A stretch of DNA of 64,000 bases, taken from NCBI RefSeq assembly GCF_902652985.1, contig NC_047025.1, positions 29,326,001 through 29,390,000 on the forward strand, in the 5' to 3' direction. The position numbers and the translations under genes are program-made. The DNA comes from Pecten maximus (taxonomy: Eukaryota). Below the pieces are notes generated by a model, which was not told the origin of the DNA, made no database searches, and was given only the letters and a program-made list of their open reading frames with translations. Positions 35,601 to 46,600 of this stretch are shown here, in pieces; the stretch's first letter is position 1; every line of letters starts with the position of its first letter.

Positions 35601-38600
35601 AAAAGCACCTACTTACTGAATGACATATATCAAGTTGAAATCAATGATTATGCAGATACCTACTCTTTTTCGTTTAATAGTTGTATATATATTATAGTAT
35701 TCTTATGATGTTTAATTAAATATTATAAGGAAAGTGCTTTTTAATAGAAGTACCGATTTATTTCATTTTTACAGGAGCCAAACCAGTGACTTTTGACATC
35801 AAGAATCGTTCTAAGATGACTGCTCCTCTCAAATCTGTCTTCAGTGATCTGGTCGATACTCCACCCACCACACCCAAACTACCCACACTAGATACACCGG
35901 AATCCCCTACACAACAAAATATTGAAAAGGTATCAGAGTTTTTGCTTTTATTTGTATAAATTGTACATAAAGAAAAGGAAATGTGTCTCGATAGTCAGAT
36001 AGTTGTTATTGACAGGTAATGTGAACCAATATTTTACTGTTATAGATGTAGGTTTGACTGTGGCTATAGAAAGGTGGGTACTATTGACGACTTAAATGCT
36101 CTTGGTTGCAATTCTGAAAAGTATCTTGAATTACGTTCGTAATTTGATATCATGATTGTTAAAAAAGTTAATGATTTTAAACATCAATAGTTGGAAGGAT
36201 ACTTCACACAATTCCTTGTCTCTAAATCAGAGTGTTTTGTCAGTAACAGTTCATGTTACAGTAAATCAAAAACAAACGTGTTAGCGTTTACATTTTTATG
36301 TCAAAACCAAATGTTTAGACTGGAGTAAATGTTAACGTGACTATGATATCTCTCCCTTACAGACAGAGAAGCCAGCTCAGGATTTATTTGGTGCCATATT
36401 TGGTAACACAGACTCTGAGTCTGAGGAGGACGAAGAGGAGGAGGAGGATGATAATGAGATTAACCAGTCAAAATTACCGGACATTGAGCAGGCCTCTCCT
36501 CTACCTACAGTACACAAGTCAGGTAGCTATATATATATAGGGCTTTAGTTGTAATGAGGAGGCGAACATCAAACTCTGAAGTCAGTTCTGATGAAATCCT
36601 TAAAAATGACTGTGTACAGTTTTAACCATGGAATAAGTATGTAAAAAAATTGCATTAAAATTCACAAATATGTACAGTATATAATTATGGAAAATATTGC
36701 ATTGAAGATCACAAATAGGTATGTTTATTACTTTGTCCATTCAAGTCATGATTCTTGTAGAAGGTCCTGGCAGTATATGTTATTGTGTAATTTAATGTTC
36801 CTTCAACAGAATCTAAAAGCAAGATAGTTCAGTTCTTTTGTGGAAAATTACTTAAAGGTAAATGCAGTTTGATGATTACAACATCTCTGTTGTTGTAGAT
36901 GATTTGTCATCAAAACCACTAACATACATAGAAGAGGAAACTCCAAATCCGACCGAGATGCCAGGGGAGAGAGAGCTGCAAGAGAGACTGACCCCACCCC
37001 CACAGGCGCCTCCCCCTGACGAGGACGAGCAGTACGGGCCAGCACTACCTCCACCTGGTACAGTACTTAGAATTATTATCAAATCAGTTCTGAAGAAATT
37101 ATGGAATTTTTCAACAAGTTTTCAGTTTCAGTCAAATAATATCGGTGGTCAAGGAATGAAAGTGTTTCTATGAAAAAACATGTGTAAATATAAAAAATTA
37201 CAGATAATAGATAGGAATTTGTCCATGAGTCATTTAAATATTGTTGAGGAGTTCTAATTAATGAATCTCTATTTTATTTACTGTTATACCTTATTTTATT
37301 CAGGTGCCCCATGTTCCTCCAGTACAGCATATGTGGATCTAACATCAACTTCTGACAATAAACATAAACACAAGGACAGACACAAGGACAGACATAAAGA
37401 CAGACAGAAAGACAGACACAGGGAAAAACACAAACACAAGAAGGAGAAAAAGGTATCAGTCACAACTTCATAAAAAATTTACAGAACTAAAAACTTCACT
37501 TTTAATGTTGTTTGATGATAACTGATGATTTATGGTTTTCAACAGGATGTCGTAAGAAATAGATTAGGAGGTTGATATATTTTATGTCCATTAGTGTGTC
37601 TTTAATATAACTCCCACAGTTCTTATTTTGAGAACGTGATATTGAAGAATCAGTGTTTTTAAAATAAATTGTTTATCAAGTAATAGATTTACCATAATAT
37701 CATGACACCCATTCTCGGCCCCATTGGTTGTCAAGTTATCGCTTTATTGACAAGAGTAAAAACGAAGGGAAGTAACTCTGATAGATCAGACTATATTACA
37801 TCTTACTGTAACACTAGTCATCAATGCTTGTCATTAAAGATGTTACTTTTTACTTCACATCCATGATGTGTGATTGTAGAATAATTCAAAGACATGTAAT
37901 TATAATCAGATAAAAACTGCATGTCAATGCTCACAGTTTTGGTTCGTTACTTAATTACTTCATATTCACAAGAAACTTGATTTATGAACTGTTGCCAAAG
38001 GAATTAGGTTTAGGTATAGAAACAATGAAGAAATTTGAATAAATACATGTAATATTTGGCAAAATTATCAGTATTTCTGTATAGGTTTCAATAATAAAAC
38101 CGAACATTTTAATTATTTTTAGAAATAGAAAAAATGTTGATTAATGAATAGAACTGTAACATTTATAAAGCTAGTTTATCATTATTTTCATATCTTGTAG
38201 ACTAAACACAAGAAAGACAAACACAAAGAAAGAAAGAAAAGTAAGAAACATAGAAGACACAGTGATTCCAGCCATTCTGACACCGATTCAAGTGACATGG
38301 AAGATGATAAAGAACTTTTCAAGAAGTAGGTATCATCGATAGTAAACATAATGACGTCACAGTTTGTAAATTTATACAGAGTTGGGAGATCCAACGTCCG
38401 TGTAAAAAGTTCCGTGTGGCTCTGTGTTACCCAGTTTGTAAGTTTCTTTTTTGTAGATGTAGTCTCTGTATCAAATTGGATAAAAAATCTTGAGTGGATT
38501 TTACTACATGTATTTCCAATAACTCCCATGTTTAATCCTTACAGTACAATGTTCTCTGTAATTCTCTGTATGCGGCATCAGTAGACGAGTGTTGTTTTTG

Positions 38601-38662
38601 TGTGTTTCAGGTTGAAGGCAGTGACACAGAAGGGACTACTCAGGACTTCAGACTTTTCATAA
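23665..38662 (+). CDS. GPATCH1: G patch domain-containing protein 1, 19 exons; frame broken in exon 8 in this sequence (error, null allele or pseudogene)
   Basis: Exons 23665-23740, 25445-25576, 26376-26467, 26997-27157, 27751-27863, 28919-29028, 29493-29693, 29875-30017, 30409-30675, 30966-31334, 31632-31810, 32470-32597, 35055-35197, 35775-35929, 36363-36522, 36899-37057, 37304-37452, 38201-38325, 38611-38662, all GT-AG. Motifs: [34 protein letters not shown]-patch [83 protein letters not shown]-rich tail. AATAAA at about 38748 and 38764. Confidence 0.92.
24080..24456 (-). mobile_element. Miniature non-autonomous LTR retrotransposon (TRIM) with tRNA-derived LTRs
   Basis: LTRs 24080-24206 and 24329-24456 (TG..CA ends, 3 differences). 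4-bp TSD CTCT (24076-24079, 24457-24460). On the minus strand: PBS TTTGGTGCCTGTGACC (24328-24313) and polypurine tract (24232-24213). 122-bp non-coding interior. Confidence 0.92.
24103..24174 (-). ncRNA. tRNA-like module (Thr-AGT-like) inside the LTR; second copy at 24352-24424
   Basis: GACCAGG TAGCTCAATCGGTAGAGC A TCCGG CTAGTGT TCGGA GGTC CCGGG TTCGAAC CCCGG TCTGGCCG gives a cloverleaf with intact A and B boxes, a mismatched acceptor stem and a downstream T-run. Confidence 0.7.
24918..24984. repeat. Short near-perfect palindrome
   Basis: ATAAGCGCCCAGACTAAAATC..GATTTTAGTCTGGGCGCTTAT, with 21-bp perfect outer arms. Confidence 0.85.
25040..25400 (+). mobile_element. CR1/L2-type LINE ORF2 3' remnant
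   Basis: Decayed [36 protein letters not shown](W/R)[17 protein letters not shown], the C-terminal signature of CR1/L2-type RT ORFs. Confidence 0.7.
28205..28330 (+). mobile_element. Mariner transposase remnant
   Basis: [18 protein letters not shown] matches the mariner [19 protein letters not shown] motif. Confidence 0.7.
32598..33102 (+). repeat. Degenerate 62-77-bp tandem copies of the GPATCH1 exon 12 3' end plus splice donor
   Basis: CACAAACTGTTGTGYTGGAGATTYAAYGTCCCC..TATACTRG|GTAT is repeated about 7 times. ORFs 32684-32995 and 32761-33102 repeat [11 protein letters not shown]. Confidence 0.9.
33103..33780 (+). repeat. 52-bp minisatellite, about 13 copies, derived from the same exon/donor junction
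   Basis: Unit GTATATATTGTCATGGAGATTTACCTGGTAATGTCCCCAACCCCTATACTAG. Confidence 0.95.
33871..34960. repeat. 24-bp minisatellite (GTGTAGAACTATTTGAGGATCCCT), about 45 copies
   Basis: Visible period. Source of the EDPCVELF ORFs. Confidence 0.96.
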
Positions 38663-38852
38663 TGACCATATAACACTGCTATACCAAGCAAACAGGTGGC
38701 TGTGATATAAATATCAACCATTTTTCTCACATTGTCATGTTGTTTCTAATAAATATGTTCTTTAATAAATTCTTGTCCAAGTTTTGTATTCTCAAGTCAT
38801 AGATCTCGGGCAACTTATCTCAGTGTGACAGCGAAAACTCCAACCCTCAGGG

Positions 38853-39759
38853 CAGGCGCGTAGCCAGTACGCCCGGGCTTCCACATCATTTTTTTCAAAA
38901 TAACCTTTCCCCCATTTAATCATTTTCAAGAATGTATTCTTTTAATGATATATGAAATAATGAAATTCCTATGTTTGGTTTTCCCTCAAACCCTACGTTA
39001 ACCTTCAATAGTGGCCTAATCATCGGCGTCTATAGATTGTATAACTAGATGTAACAGGACAGGCCAGCGTCTGACTAATAATTGTAATGAAGGAACCTAA
39101 ACTGTATCTGAACGTCTCCAGTTGTCTAAAGATTCTATTATACTGTGGAACGTTCCTTCAGCATCAAACGTTGGCTAAAGACATACCTGAGATCAACCAT
39201 GGACGCAGAACGAATGTCTTCTCTAGCATTGTTACATGCGTGTCACAGGGATCTGAGAACTTGTTAGTCTACACCGGGGGTGTCATTTTAACTGAATTTT
39301 TATCCAGCCCCCAACTCTCCCTATGCATACTCCAAATAAGTAGTTATTGAAGACACTGTTAATCCATCGTCTGTTAAATACACGCCTTAGTTTCCGTACA
39401 CATTTATATGACCGCTATTATGATTTCTAACCTGAATAGTTACCAGAATGTGTCTAGTTTACACGATATTATCTTATCATTACATAAGTCACAATATAGC
39501 ACAGAACAGTAGTCATGACTTCTATTGTATGTTTTGTGCGTGTGTCTTTGAATCCTCAGAATTGCTCAAATGTCACCCCTATTCATCAAGAAATACAAAA
39601 AAAAAACAAAAAAAAATGAAAAAAATGAAAAACCCTCTCGTGCTCCCCTCCCCCACTTCCTGGTCGCGCCTTCCGCACTCGGTAGGAAAGCCTATGTCCT
39701 TTCGGTCCGAGAACGTCCGACCGGGCTTCCACTTCCATTTAGGTCTGGCTACGTGCCTG
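38853..39759 (+). mobile_element. Internally deleted hAT DNA transposon
   Basis: TIRs CAGGCGCGTAGCCAG / CTGGCTACGTGCCTG and subterminal CCGGGCTTCCAC at both ends. 39142-39246 encodes TVERSFSIKRWLKTYLRSTMDAERMSSLALLH (hAT C-terminal dimerisation domain). Flanked by CAGGG on both sides. Confidence 0.85.
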
Positions 39760-40019
39760 CAGGGTGATATTCTTTATCATGATATCATCCCAAGGGTTGG
39801 AGGATGCTCTGTCATGTCCTCAAGGTAGGGGATGATTATTTTTATCCCATCATACTGTTCTATATTTAAATAATATGTTTTGTTGTGCAACACAAAGTTG
39901 ATGTGACATGATTGAATTGTCACTGTGACATAATTGTATTAGGGATGTCATGTAATTGTGTATTGTTTCTGTGATGTCACTCTATTTATGCAAGCACATG
40001 CTGTTTGTCATTCTCTATG

Positions 40020-40290
40020 GGGGACAGAAATCACACCCTAGGGGGCGAGACAAAGAAATCACACCCTGGGGTTTAGACAGAGAATTCACGCCCTAGGTTG
40101 TTAGAGTAATCACACCCTAGGGCATTGTCGCACTCCACATCTAATTTTGAAAATCTTCTTGATTTCTTATCACAATAAGGTTTTACAAAATTGCAACTGG
40201 GTTGTTAGGTTTACCCTTGGGGATGAGACAAAGAAATCACACCCTAGGGGGTTAGACAGAGAAATCACACCCTAGGAGGTTAGACGGAGA
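40020..40290. repeat. Dispersed short repeats (AGAAATCACACCCTAGGGGG..AGAC), probably subterminal repeats of a non-autonomous DNA element
   Basis: Six or seven degenerate copies. Confidence 0.6.
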
Positions 40291-40600
40291 ACTTGAATGG
40301 CTAAACGGAAAACAAATCTGTGAGTGGTGGGAGTATATTTTCTCTTACCCTGGACAGGGCTATCCGCAGTTTTACCTAGGGAAAAGACAAGCTACACGTG
40401 CTCTTTGAACGTGCTCTTGTTCTCGATAGGGTGACGTCACTATGACCTGACCCGGAACGTTTGAATGTTAAATATCAGCATTATTCACAAAAGAAATTAG
40501 AATAAGTATTAATTAACTCCCTGAGTAATAATATTTTAACTAACTGAGTGTTTGGTGTTCTTATTGACGAGCTTATCGGAAAACAGGATAAGAGAAAAAT

Positions 40601-40720
40601 AATCATTCACCCCTTTTTGGGATGAGATGGGGAGATCGGCAAGCCTCGTGTTTGGGAATTTAACAATCTCCCCCCTCGGGTTGAGATCCCCCTATCTCGC
40701 CTCAAAAGGGGTGACAGATT
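40601..40720. repeat. Imperfect inverted repeat / small MITE
   Basis: AATC..TCACCCCTTTT..GAGATGGGGAGATC vs GATCCCCCTATCTC..AAAAGGGGTGACAGATT. Confidence 0.6.
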
Positions 40721-43601
40721 CTATTAGTCCCTCTCTGTAACCACAGGAGGCACTGTATTATCCATATTGAGAAATACCCGACAAACTTTGTATTCCCATG
40801 TATGGTTCCAATATATCATTGTGTGTATTGTGGTCCCAACATACTTATTTCAGCTTTGTAAATGCCAAATAATTCTTGGAAAGTGTTAAATGTAAGTGCC
40901 CATTCTGCAATGGTTATGACATCGAGGCTTTTTCAGCTTCTGAAATTAAATACAACTATAAATATGTAAGTTATCTTATTTCATCTGATTTAATCAAATA
41001 ACAAAGGGGGGCTGCATATAGTTTTGCCTTGTGTCTGTCTGTCCATCATTCCATCTTCAGCATGGGTTCACGTAGATGAGGTAGCGTCATGTTTCAAAAG
41101 TAGGTCGCTTTGACCTTTATTTTGACATACATCCAAGAAAAAGTTTGTCCAGTCTCCATTTCATCTTTGGGGCATCAGTTCACCTAGGTAGGGTGGTGTT
41201 TTTTTGTATTTGGGGGGTAGGTAGGGGGATCTTTAGTTTTGCATTATCCATCTGTCCTTCTGCCCAGACTTCTTTCCACCACAACTACAACTTCATACTT
41301 GGGGCGTGTTGTGTACCGAAAATAGGTCATTCTGATCTACATTTTGACCTTTGACCTATATCATATAACATGTTTTTCTGGGCTTTTTCTATCCTTTTCA
41401 ATGGAACTCCTTATATAGGGCATGGGTTTACCTTACTTGGGGCATAGGTTTATCTTACTTGGTGATGTGTTCCGATTGACACTCCCGCAGACAAAGGATT
41501 GTTTCTGTAGAGCGTATTTTGAGAAACTGGATTATAATTGTTGTATGCCTACTTACATCTTGTTAACAGAGGGACTCTGGATTAAAACTAGTTAACATTT
41601 CTCCGTTGTGGTTGCGCATTTTAACTTTAGTTATATTTTTAGCCTTGTATTATACAGTTCCGTAGACAATATTGTTCACGAATCCCCCATTTTGACCATC
41701 TCGAAGAATGAAACTTCAAACAACAGTAATCCTTATGTGTTTGATGCAGATTTCATTCCCTCACTTACAGAAATACATAATCTGTCGATGATGATTAGAT
41801 TTTGATTTTTATATTAAATGATTTGTTGTCATTTTATAGTTTATATACACAAAAAGCTCTGCTGCTAGAAGGGGTAGGAGTAAAATTGCATGTACATTAA
41901 TATAAACTTACATATAGGATCACAATTGCTGCATATGCTAACAAATAGGAAGCAGAAATAGAAGAGTGGTTGAGTACGATTGAACGGAAAGGTGATGACA
42001 TTAGGCAACAGACTTCTGAAGAGGACTTAGCCTAAAAAACTTCTATAACCATGAGGCTCAGGGAGTTGATATTGGGCCTGTAGTGTGCTGGGGTGAAGAA
42101 CTACCAAATGTGTTCTAATGAATGACCTTGACCTACATTCAAGGTCACAGGGGTCAAATATGCTTAAATCTTTAAACAATGATTTCTTGATAGCTAAGAG
42201 ACTGAGACCTGATATTAGGCCAATAGTATGCTGGAATGAAGGAATAGAAAATTTATTGACATGGATAAGCCTAGCCTACTCCGATATTTGAATAAATGGT
42301 TATCAGCTTAGTCTCTGTAGAAATGACCTAGACCGACTTCAAAGTTTCTATAGAACCATGAATGAAACAGGTCCATTTGGCCTCGTTTTAAAAGTAGGTT
42401 AATGGTCAGATAGTCGAGGTCAGCAGGTCCATACATGTAGTACCAATGGAAAGGACAAGGAACACACGTCATCTTTAACATAGCTGTCTTTATGTCAACA
42501 CCATGGGTATAGCAATAGCTCCTATTTACTTTGTTCCAGTGAGCTAAAAATCACATGGCCATTATTTGTCAGCATACTACTGTCACCTATGAGATGTAGT
42601 AGATCAATGAAGAATATTGTCAATCCAAACAGGTTGTTTAAATAGTCCAGAAAAGCATGCGACAAAATAAGTAATACTGGTACCATACAGGTTGTACATT
42701 GTAGTGAAAAAAATACAACTAAAACATCAATTGAAATGAGAAGTTTTAATAAATTCTACCACAAGCAAAGATGTTTTAATAGAAACAGCAAATGTACAAC
42801 AATAAATGGTATAATAAATTATCTGAATAATAAATTAATTGCATTTCCAGTATAGAAAATTGCCCAAATCCGCCAAGTTATTATTTTTTTTCAAAAAATA
42901 AAAGAAAACCTAAAAATATTCAACAAAGAACTGAATAATACTGGGTTATAACAGTTATGTTTAAATATATGGTCAATTCATCAATATAGCTAGATCACAT
43001 TTTTATGCAAGTTATTGGACAATGTCAGCTGCCCAAAAAAACACGAATTATACATCCATTGTTACACGCCTGTCAATCCTGCCCTCCCCTGCACTCTGAT
43101 ATGATGTATGGATTATGTACATTATATAATATGTATATTCACTTGGTGGGCTATTCCACTACAGAGTAAGGGGATGACAGGACCAACATGATGAGATTTC
43201 AGATGTTGTTTGATTATGCCATCCTTTCAGACCCAGTACTAACTTGATATGATGGACTTGATATAATTCAGGATGACGGCACTGGTGACAAATGCTGGGT
43301 TTTTTATGCATAAATCAACAAATTTGTCTACATAAGTTTCCGACACCACTACACAATGAGGCTGCCACTGTTATGGTACTCTACGTGGTTCAGTCTCTGT
43401 CAAAGGCACACACTAAGATACTGGGTGGAATGTTCCATGTACGGTGATGCAGTCCCTGTCGTTAAGGACATACACCCTCGGTATGACCACACCCCCTTGC
43501 TGAGAGGATAGGCCACTGCCAGAGATTAAGATCATGATACACACACACACATCGTGACATACAAGATACACAAGATGATGAAGTCAAGTGACAAAATTCA
43601 G

Positions 43602-46600
43602 TTATGCACGGTCATCTACACCAGCCTGTGTCATCAGATCAGCTATGTTCTTCTCCAGATCATCAATGCGGTTTCCCATCTCATCAAGTGCAAAGCAGTT
43701 AAGGAGTATTAACATTAATAAACATTGCATCTAGTCAAAAGCAGCGAAATGGATTTAAACACCCCAATCATATATATGTTACCAACTTAATTAACTTCTG
43801 TATTTCAAAGAGGGTAAGTCAGAATCAAATTATTAAAACAGAATCCAAGTTGATCTAAGACATCTTATAACACATTTGACCATTGTGTCCTTGAAATTGT
43901 AAGGTCATTCATTTATCTGAGTTGGTAGTCCTTCATCCCAGTATGCTACCACTAACCCAATATCATGACTATTGGTCTCCAGTTAAAATCACAAGTCAAT
44001 TTAAATATTTATCACTGTGACATTGGAAGTGGGTAAAGGTCATTCATTTAACAAAACTATATTTAACCATGTCAAAAAGCTACTACCTGGACATAACAAT
44101 GAACTTGGACTTACTGATATTTTTTGAAACGATAAAGTATTCAAAAAGCTACTGCTTGGCCGTATATATTCTTCAAAGATATTTATGAGTGATTTGATGC
44201 ATATAACCCCATGACGTTGAAAGTGTGTAAAGGTCAATTAAAGCCCAAATAGCTCTTTCTAGCATGTATAGTACAAAAGGATATTCCTTGTGATCACTTG
44301 GTCCGACATGTTCTGGAATTTGTCCTGCATCTGTTGCAGAAGAGTCTGTACCTGTAACAAGAATGAAGATATATACATAATTACCTGTACTATAATCATT
44401 ATAATTACAGGTGTGTATATATTCTGAAGGAGAAAACTGTTACAACTTGTGTTAAATATACATCTGATTAGTATGATACTAGTGGTGAAATGGTATACAT
44501 GTATGTACTTTAATTATGCAAAAGCTAGATAATCAACTTCTGTAGTTGATACTAATTATCACTTACAATGTCCAGCATTAAATGAAGGCAGATAAAGAAA
44601 TATGGCCTGAAAAGACTATTCCCATCAACATATAACTCGAAGGAAACCTATGAGGATGCCTTGTTACAGCCACAGTGATACTATTCATTTTGGGGATTAT
44701 AACAATGATAGATGTACAAGCAAGAAAAACTTTGGTGCCAAGATACAGGTTGCCTTCTCCAAAGATACATTTATAAGCTTAAATCTTCAATGTCAATTGT
44801 TTGATAGCAAAGTTAATATGGTTCTATTTTGAAGTGCCCACCCCACCGGGGGCCACCCCCTAATTTGATCCATACAATGTACATGTTTTGTTTTGTTTTT
44901 GTACATCATGCTAGCTACAAATCTTAAATAAACTTAATCAAACATTTATACCTAAGTCACTGGGGATTTCTAATGTAAATTATTGATTTTATTTGGGGCT
45001 AAGTAAGTTCCTATAATAGTGACTGTGTGTTTGTTACAGTTTATTGATCGATGCATGTTGCTACATGTTACAGCACTATACACCAGATTTCACTTACCAT
45101 AGCTCCCTAGACATGTACGTATACGTGGTATTTAGTATGTCAACCAATAATACATACTATGTAGGGATACTATGTAGGGCATATACCAGGTATGCAAACA
45201 GAAATTTCCAATAACTTTGTGATTTATTACCTGGCAATATAAATTGAAATGTCTATACAGTGAAGAAGCACAGAGTGTTGTAAATTGTCAGTATCAGGTT
45301 ATACTTCAGCTGAAGTTGTAAATTCGAGCATTTTCACTCTTAAGTATATTTTAACTTGTCAAATTTAATGATTTATAATTTTTACCAGATCTACAGTTAT
45401 AGTTAATACCTAATTTTTTGTTGTTAAATTCTAATATCATCAAAATATATTTATCTATAACCTGATGTAATTTACACCTATGCAAGTTCTCATGGAGCAT
45501 CCCCTACATGCTTTAAAAACTTTTTCCAACACCTTTTAATAATACCTAATTTTTTAAGTGGATTGATGGACCGGAGATCTCTCTTGTAAGAGGTTACAGA
45601 GGTTGATAGGTATGATATACCTGGTATCTAGAATGGGACATAATGTTTAATTTCTTTATTCTAAAATTACACAGCTTGTGAATACCACATTATAACCAAG
45701 GACTTGTATCATCTGGTCCTATTATCGTTTACACCCTATATGCTATATCAGTGCTTCATATCGGTATGTACAGTATAGAGTCAATCGTTCTCCAGGACTT
45801 GGGGTACATGGGCATGCCATGCATGTACCGGTATATGTGCCAACTAATATAACCTCCACTTCAGGATCAATAAACTGCTAAAAACTTATCAGTCCTGAAC
45901 AATCAACTAGAAACAAGTGCATACTAGATCATTGTGATCAACCACCTCCATCACAAAACCAGTTTATTTTAGTCCCGTGCTAAGTTCAGACATGTTCGAA
46001 TTCAGGAAAAGTAATTTAATAAATTACAGCATACCCAGGTACAGTGTATATACTGTGTTACATATTAATGGATTATTAATGTTTCTGACTGCAGATACTA
46101 ATTGTGAGGCTCTGTGTTCTAAACAGTGAAAATTTTGCAGACACTACATGTACACTACTACAATCATGTACCTGTAGCCACACGTTCAACAAAATCTTAA
46201 CCATCCACACGCCATATGTTTAACGATAATACAATAAACATACCTTCCTGTATATGGTACAGCTTTGATGACAATAACCCTTTGTTGTTATTGTCTACAC
46301 CTATAATGTGTATCTGAATAATTCATACCCCTGCCATACATATATACTGTTTCAGTCTTGGCTGAATGGTTATGGGTACGTGTATATTGATTAGTCAAGC
46401 AGAATCTGCTTAGATGTGCATTTTATCCAACATTTATCTAGAGAACTCAGAAATGAAGGAAAATTCTGAATAAATAAAGTTTTCAATTGTAGTGGTGCAG
46501 AATTGTCCTGACCTCCAGTCAAAAAATGAGATTTGCTCAACTATAGATCTAGACTAATATATATCACTAACAATTTATAATTTCTGCAAAAGTAGATTTT

